Below the pieces are notes generated by a model. That model made no database searches and was not told the origin of the DNA. It was given only the letters and a program-made list of their open reading frames with translations. The translations under genes and the position numbers were made by a program. Shown one piece after another: positions 58,606-64,000 of a DNA stretch of 64,000 nucleotides. This DNA is from Myxococcota bacterium. Lineage in GTDB: Bacteria; Myxococcota_A; UBA9160; SZUA-336. The stretch is taken from assembly GCA_965247115.1 (NCBI GenBank), contig CBDFGR010000003.1:256001-320000 (forward strand). The letters run 5' to 3'. Positions within the stretch are counted from its first letter, which is position 1, and each line of letters opens with the position of its first letter.

Positions 58606-59166
58606 TCAATCGACGGACCAGAGCCCGCGACGTCCACGTATCGCCTCCGCCTCGGCCTGCATGAACTCGGCGGGAAAGCGGCCCGCGCCGAATTTCGTGT
58701 AGAACGGGGTCCAGCCCTCGCGAACCATCTCGAGATTTATGTTCAGCTCGTCAGCGTACAAATACGCCAGCAGGCGACCGTACCGGCCTCGGCTTGGGCC
58801 GTACGGATACTCGTAAACGAGGTAGATGGTCCTCCCCTCAGCCATCTGACGGAGCGCTTCGGTCGCCTCGTGGAACCCGGCTCTCCCTCGCTCCGGGGTG
58901 TCGATATTCAGGAGCCTGACTCGAACCCAAACCTCAGCGCAGGCAATGTCAACGGTGTCGCCGTCTACGAACCGGGTCACTGCGCAGGGACCAACCATCT
59001 CTCGGTGGTCTACGGCCGCGATGGGGGCCCGCGCGGTGTCGACGTCCGGAAGCTCGGACCGTAAGCACCCGATCCACACGCCGAGGGCGGAGATCGCCAG
59101 AGCAGATAAACCGATTAGGGCCGGTTGCCTCACCAAGTGCAGTCTATGGTGGAACAGCTCCGCCAA
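58606..59166 (-). CDS. Thermonuclease (staphylococcal nuclease-like), membrane-anchored or secreted
   Basis: VDGDTV, VRLLNIDTPE, YGRLLAY, NLEMVREG, RRGLW. Confidence 0.92.
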   Translation of the reverse strand: MAELFHHRLHLVRQPALIGLSALAISALGVWIGCLRSELPDVDTARAPIAAVDHREMVGPCAVTRFVDGDTVDIACAEVWVRVRLLNIDTPERGRAGFHEATEALRQMAEGRTIYLVYEYPYGPSRGRYGRLLAYLYADELNINLEMVREGWTPFYTKFGAGRFPAEFMQAEAEAIRGRRGLWSVD

Positions 59167-59637
59167 CCTACGGGAGGTGCTCGCCCCTGGATGATGTTAG
59201 TGCGGTCGCTTCGGCGACGATCGCCGTCTCGCGAGTCCCGCACTCGACCCGGGTCCACCCGACCCTCGGCCAAATAGGGTGGCCTTGGCCTCAGAACTGC
59301 TGGCTCGACTCGGTGCACAGTCGAGCGCGGCACTCCGGCATCGGCAAGGCTGCGGGGGCACGGAAGACCAAGAAACCTGCCAAGCAATGTGTACCGGACA
59401 GTTTGTTTGACGGAAGGCGACCTGCAACAGAGGCCCAGAGCCTGCTTCCAGTTGGTGCTGCCGTTTCTGTGGCCGAAACGGTCCCTAGCGATCCTTGCAG
59501 GACCTACTGATTTTGGAATGATCGATCCCCTGGCCAGCGCCCGACCAAAACGCTCCGTTTTTCGACTCGCGTCTGGAGCTGGGCCAAGACGGGACACGCT
59601 CCGGAGCCGACAGGGGCCATGCTGATACAGCGAGCGT

Positions 59638-60483
59638 TCACCTTCCGTACAGAATCCTCTCAAGCAGACGGATGATCCGGTCCATCCTCCGGTCAAGTCC
59701 GCGCTGCCACCGAATCTGATCCTCGTCGCGCCGCGGTTCAATGCGGGGCTTGGCCTCCGGCTTCTTTTGGAACAACGCGTCGGTGATTGGAATGAGCGCC
59801 TGACGGCGGACGTCAAAGTAGCCAGCTAGCTCAAGCCCATGTTGGATCAGGGCGTCAGCCTCATGTCGTGTTCCAACGGCTACGTTCGCACCCAAGGCGA
59901 CCATCCTCGGCGAAGCCAATCCGACGACTCCCTCCCAGGTGGCAACACCTTCCAGCACCACGTGCAAAGGGTCTGACGGATCCTTTTCTCCAGCGCCGAG
60001 ATCAAACGATCGATCCTCTAGGAACCGACCGGCGCGTAGCTGAGCATCGACCTCCTTAGAATTGTCGCTCAACTCCGTCGCATACGCTTCTCCCAATCTC
60101 CTGCAGAGTCCGAGCGCACGCAGGACTGCAGTCGGCCATTCCCCGGAGTCAACAGGCGGGGAAGCGGTGGCCGAGACCATCACGACGCTCTCCCTGCCGT
60201 GACGATCTCGGGATGGGTAGCAGGCGATCGTAGTGAACGAGTCCTTCCCAAGGAGCACGCAGAACTCTGCACCGGCCTGGCGGCCGTCGAGTCCATAGAA
60301 CGACGACAGGAACTCTCCCCAGTCTCTTAGACCGGTGAGCCGCCGCTCGGTCTCAAGTGTGCAGTGTTCCTCGGAGACCGGAACGACGAGCTGGAACTCC
60401 TCCGACGAGCGAGAGACCCTAAATCCCTTCGTCCAGACTGCGACGAGGCAGCGATGACCAGGACTTCCGCTGTCTGAAGGCAT
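59638..60483 (-). CDS. Hypothetical protein with TagF/GAP1-N-like PSxDxxGR motif
   Basis: ACYPSRDRHGRESVVMVSA; ATG overlaps the kinase stop (TAATG). Confidence 0.7.
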   Translation of the reverse strand: MPSDSGSPGHRCLVAVWTKGFRVSRSSEEFQLVVPVSEEHCTLETERRLTGLRDWGEFLSSFYGLDGRQAGAEFCVLLGKDSFTTIACYPSRDRHGRESVVMVSATASPPVDSGEWPTAVLRALGLCRRLGEAYATELSDNSKEVDAQLRAGRFLEDRSFDLGAGEKDPSDPLHVVLEGVATWEGVVGLASPRMVALGANVAVGTRHEADALIQHGLELAGYFDVRRQALIPITDALFQKKPEAKPRIEPRRDEDQIRWQRGLDRRMDRIIRLLERILYGR

Positions 60484-61730
60484 TACCAGCTGCCCCACAT
60501 TTCGATGATCGTCTTCCAGTTCTCTATCTCCGGGTCATCGGGAACAGCCCTCGCTGCCCTGGTCGCGACGTCCAAGGCGTAGCCGTGGTCCCTCAAGTAA
60601 CACAGACCGAGAAAGACCAACTCGAGCCAGACTTCACGATCAGTGGATGCGATAGCCGCATCCTCAAGAGCCTGCTTGTAGCTCTCGACCTCAGTAGGTG
60701 ACATCAAGTCAGCTCGTAGTTTTCGTCCTCGAGCGAGGAGCGGGCTCTGTTCATCGCGACCTCCAGAGCCGATTCGTCTTGATGGGTCGGGGGCGCGAGA
60801 GGCCGCTGGTAAAGAGCTGGACAACGCAGCCAAGCCCTGCAGGCGCTGGGCAATAGCTTCAGGCTTAGGAATGTTTCCGGCTGCAATTGGAGTCAAAAGC
60901 TCCTCGCTCCAGAACTCGACGAGTCTTTCTGACGCTCCGGATTCTGCGCAAGACTCCAGCCAATCGCCAAGCCAATCCTCCAGAGGCGGCTGGCCAACGG
61001 AGGGTACCGCTGGTTCACTGAAGCTCATCTCTGCAGCCAGCAGCAAGAGCTCGGCCGACTGCTTGGCCTCGGCCAAGGTGCGCGTGATCTTGGGCTGCTG
61101 GGACCTCAACGCATAATTGAGTTCCTCCTGCACGAACCTCGGAACTCGGAACCACTTCGCCAACGGCTGGGATATCAAGATCGATCCTTCGGACGCGGGG
61201 TAGAAACTGTCGACGTCTATCAAGTACGGCGTGCCGGTGGTTGAAAGCCCCACATTTTTTGGACAGATATCAAAGTGGTGCCAAGGAGCACGGAACGGCG
61301 GCCCGAGCTCTTGGAGTACCTGGACCGCTGCATCGACAGAGGTCCGCTTCTGCTTCATCAAGTCGAGAATGACTTCGACCTCTTCCATCGCAACGATGAG
61401 AAGGTGAGCCTCTTCGATGAGTCGAACCTCGAGGATCGGCACGCAAGGCACCAGATCGCGCAGGTTCCGAAGGTCTTGGATGCGATCCCGCAGCCGGTGA
61501 AGGCGGTCGGCTGCTGTGAGGCCTCGAGTAAAGGCTCCAGCCTCTGAGTGCGCATCTCGGAGGATCTTTATAAACGCAGGGACGCCTCGATGTCGCAGTG
61601 CCACAGCCTTTACGTACAAGGCGGTACCCTTGGCGGCCATCAGGCCCCCGGGATCCTCCACGACCTCGATCTGGCTCCACTCGCCTCGAGGGAGATGTCC
61701 TAGCAAGTCCCGCGCACTCTCCGAGGTCAA
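60483..61730 (-). CDS. Atypical protein kinase with C-terminal TPR-like helices
   Basis: AFIK, VAMEE, HFDICPKN, LIDVDSF; TTG start overlaps the GTPase stop (TTGA). Confidence 0.8.
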   Translation of the reverse strand: MTSESARDLLGHLPRGEWSQIEVVEDPGGLMAAKGTALYVKAVALRHRGVPAFIKILRDAHSEAGAFTRGLTAADRLHRLRDRIQDLRNLRDLVPCVPILEVRLIEEAHLLIVAMEEVEVILDLMKQKRTSVDAAVQVLQELGPPFRAPWHHFDICPKNVGLSTTGTPYLIDVDSFYPASEGSILISQPLAKWFRVPRFVQEELNYALRSQQPKITRTLAEAKQSAELLLLAAEMSFSEPAVPSVGQPPLEDWLGDWLESCAESGASERLVEFWSEELLTPIAAGNIPKPEAIAQRLQGLAALSSSLPAASRAPDPSRRIGSGGRDEQSPLLARGRKLRADLMSPTEVESYKQALEDAAIASTDREVWLELVFLGLCYLRDHGYALDVATRAARAVPDDPEIENWKTIIEMWGSW

Positions 61731-63619
61731 GGGAGATCGATCCCAAACGGTCTGAACAGGTCCCACGTCCCGTCCGGATAGCTCGCCACGAGCAACGAGT
61801 CCGACCCGCTCCACACCAGAGCACTCGGAGGCCCGGGAAGCGCGGGCGAGAGATCGTCGGCGGTAGTTTGCCACTCGTTTCCGGACAGCACGCAGAGGTG
61901 GAGACGAGACTGAGCGGAAACAAACGCTACGACAGGGGTGCGGTTTGCCACAGAGAACGGGAGGCACGGTGCTTGGCCAACGCCGTCGATCATTGCCGTT
62001 GCTTCTGAGTATGAGACTTGAAGCTGATTACTCGAAGGTACGCTGACTACAACCCCCAGAGGGCTGATGTTGGAGCTCGCATTGTCGCAGGCAGGAATCT
62101 CCGCACACGATACTCGTGTCCCAAACTCCCATGAGGGGGTGATCATGACGGCCGCGGCAGCTTGTCCACTGAATGCCAGTGCGAGACTCTCTGTTGCGAC
62201 GAATCCACAGAACACGTGTGGCGAGGCAGGCACAAACTCGGAGATGTACTGTGCTTGAGTCCACCGATCCCCGGAAAGAGCCAACAGCTGGAGTCGCCCC
62301 GACGTATCAATGGCGAGAAGGTGTTTCGGGTCGAGCGCTTTCCAACTTGCGACTTCAGCTGGAAGGGGAGCAGCCGAGATCAGGTCACCGATAGGACCGG
62401 ACCAGATAGCCGGGGGATCACGACGGCTACTGAGGACGAGATGCCCTGCGACGCAGCTTGCTTCACGATCGTCTCCTGGCGTCGCATCGGCTTGGGTTTC
62501 GGACTTGCCAAGCGGCCCGCCCTCAACGAACTCCGGTTGCTCGCTAGATTCACCCATCTTAGCGCTAAACAAGCCATTGTCCGGAGACAGCACCAAGAAG
62601 GTCGAATCAGAATCGGGACCATCGACAGCGCAGAGAACCGTACCCGGGCAGTTGCTGTACTCACCGATCTTTCGGAGCTCCGGCAAGGTCTGCCGAGCTA
62701 TGGACCTTGGCGAGGACGCGATTCGCCGGAGTTGGGTTGGCGGCGGTCGTTTTCGAATCTGATCCGCTCCCTTCGACAGCGCCTCGACGGCCAGCCAACC
62801 CCATGCCTGTATGAGCTGGCTGGGACCGCGTTGCTGGGCCGGAGGCGGATCCTCCGCTGTGTAAGGACCATCGAGCTCGTCGCCGACCACCGAGGCACGG
62901 AAGATCTGGAACGTACCGTCGGCGTGTTGACCCGTCGTCAATTCGAGAACGACCTGCGTATCGTCCACGACCTTGCGGGTGGATTCATCGAACTTGTCCT
63001 GCTTGGTCAGGACGATTGCAGTCGGAACTTTGTCCACCGCACATTTCTTCACCCGGTGTAGAACATCGTCCCTGTACGCCTTTCCTTGGACCGTTGCGAG
63101 CTGAAAGCGCTCGGCATCGACGAGGAGCATGCAAGCGTGCATGTTTCTGAGTACAGCCTTCGCCGCCTCGTCATGTTCCACATAGCTACCGCCCGGCAGG
63201 TCACAGATCAGAGCAAAGGCGAGGGTCCGGCCCAGGTCGTCGAGCCGCACGAGGTAAGAGTTCCCCTGGTCCGTTCCTGGTGGCCACTTCGCGTCGTCGA
63301 TGAAAGCCTCCGAGAGTCTAGACAGCTCAGCTGAGGAGGCCCGCGCAATCGGGGCTAGCTCAATACCCCGATACTCCTCGAGAGTCTGCAGCTCCTCTAG
63401 ATCATCGGTGTCTCGGACCTTCGCGAAACTGATCCCGAGTGTCGTAGCCTCACAGTAGTGTAAGGCGGTGAGCAGGTTGCAAGTCTTTCCGTCACCAGTC
63501 CAACCCCAGATCGTGATCCCGAGCAGGCAGGGTTCCTTCGTTTGGAGTTCCCTAATCCGTTCTATGAGTTTGTCGCGATCTATTCTGGCGATGGTGGGCT
63601 CGCTCTGGCTGCTCGCCAA
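61727..63619 (-). CDS. TRAFAC-class GTPase fused to a probable beta-propeller
   Basis: G1 GWTGDGKT, G2 PPGT, G3 DLPG, G4 TKQD; C-terminal ALVWSGSDSLLVASYPDGTWDLF resembles a WD40 blade. Confidence 0.82.
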   Translation of the reverse strand: MASSQSEPTIARIDRDKLIERIRELQTKEPCLLGITIWGWTGDGKTCNLLTALHYCEATTLGISFAKVRDTDDLEELQTLEEYRGIELAPIARASSAELSRLSEAFIDDAKWPPGTDQGNSYLVRLDDLGRTLAFALICDLPGGSYVEHDEAAKAVLRNMHACMLLVDAERFQLATVQGKAYRDDVLHRVKKCAVDKVPTAIVLTKQDKFDESTRKVVDDTQVVLELTTGQHADGTFQIFRASVVGDELDGPYTAEDPPPAQQRGPSQLIQAWGWLAVEALSKGADQIRKRPPPTQLRRIASSPRSIARQTLPELRKIGEYSNCPGTVLCAVDGPDSDSTFLVLSPDNGLFSAKMGESSEQPEFVEGGPLGKSETQADATPGDDREASCVAGHLVLSSRRDPPAIWSGPIGDLISAAPLPAEVASWKALDPKHLLAIDTSGRLQLLALSGDRWTQAQYISEFVPASPHVFCGFVATESLALAFSGQAAAAVMITPSWEFGTRVSCAEIPACDNASSNISPLGVVVSVPSSNQLQVSYSEATAMIDGVGQAPCLPFSVANRTPVVAFVSAQSRLHLCVLSGNEWQTTADDLSPALPGPPSALVWSGSDSLLVASYPDGTWDLFRPFGIDLP

Positions 63620-63740
63620 TTCCTTGTGACCTCTCTCAGTGGCTCTACGAGACAGGGTAGCGCTTGGGCGGTCGCTCGCGCCTAGATTGCTCGCGCATAG
63701 CTCGCTTCCAGCCCCTCATCTCTATAACTACTTGAAACTG

Positions 63741-63789
63741 TGGAGCCGACGAGCGGACTCGAACCGCTGACCTGCTGATTACGAATCAG
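63741..63789 (-). other. 3' half of tRNA-Thr(CGT); att-like fragment
   Basis: Reverse complement CTGATTCGTAATCAGCAGGTCAGCGGTTCGAGTCCGCTCGTCGGCTCCA: anticodon arm, T arm, acceptor 3' strand and CCA; no D arm or 5' acceptor strand. Confidence 0.85.
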
Positions 63790-63881
63790 GCACCAAGGTA
63801 TGAGTCGCACCCCGGGCTGTCCATGGTCCGCGTCGATCATCAGGCCGCCGGCTCTAAGTCATTGAAACTAGGGCGCTCTTC

Positions 63882-63921
63882 TGGTGACGCAGGGCAGAAT
63901 CGAACTGCCGACACGCGGATT
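63882..63921 (-). other. 3' fragment of a second tRNA (Phe-like); att-like fragment
   Basis: Reverse complement AATCCGCGTGTCGGCAGTTCGATTCTGCCCTGCGTCACCA: T arm GGCAG-TTCGATT-CTGCC and CCA; anticodon absent, so isotype is inferred. Confidence 0.7.
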
Positions 63922-64000
63922 CATCTATTGCTCTTCCGGGAAGAATCACGACCGGCTGCGCGACCCACCCAGCTCCGCAGGCGAGAGCTCCCGGCAGAGG

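Noticed and set aside
59167..59637. Intergenic gap as ncRNA or small ORFs
   Set aside because: No convincing ORF, repeat or recognisable RNA structure by eye; an Rfam scan would be needed.
61731..61967. Extended kinase N-terminus from the ORF track
   Set aside because: It overlaps the GTPase gene by ~240 bp; the TTG at 61730 overlapping the GTPase stop is more plausible.
63741..63921. Possible functional tRNA genes
   Set aside because: Both lack the 5' acceptor strand and D arm; recorded as att-like fragments instead.

Overview
High-GC bacterial DNA, about 55 protein-coding genes, no rRNA, no intact tRNA and no CRISPR array seen. From 1 to ~56.7 kb it is mostly catabolic/redox genes: two Baeyer-Villiger monooxygenases, a P450, two single-chain biotin carboxylases, SDRs, amidohydrolases, LLM oxidoreductases, a sulfatase, a PQQ/cytochrome c dehydrogenase, SoxCD-like genes and a persulfide dioxygenase-rhodanese fusion. 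Signalling genes in this part include NrtR with four operator boxes, a class III cyclase with a guanylyl-type signature, PilZ, TetR and two membrane-bound LuxR paralogues sharing a 16-bp box. There is also an IS5/IS1182-like element next to a truncated penicillin acylase, a catalytically degenerate DinB-like protein, and a 187-bp direct repeat flanking a single gene. The last ~7 kb looks more AT-rich by eye and ends at two tRNA 3'-half fragments (att-like). It carries the best candidate for an undescribed system: a translationally coupled three-gene operon encoding a TRAFAC-type GTPase fused to a probable beta-propeller, an atypical protein kinase with a TPR-like tail, and a TagF/GAP1-N-like protein, followed by a thermonuclease. 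All family calls come from motif recognition by eye, not database searches, and several start codons were re-chosen relative to the ORF track.
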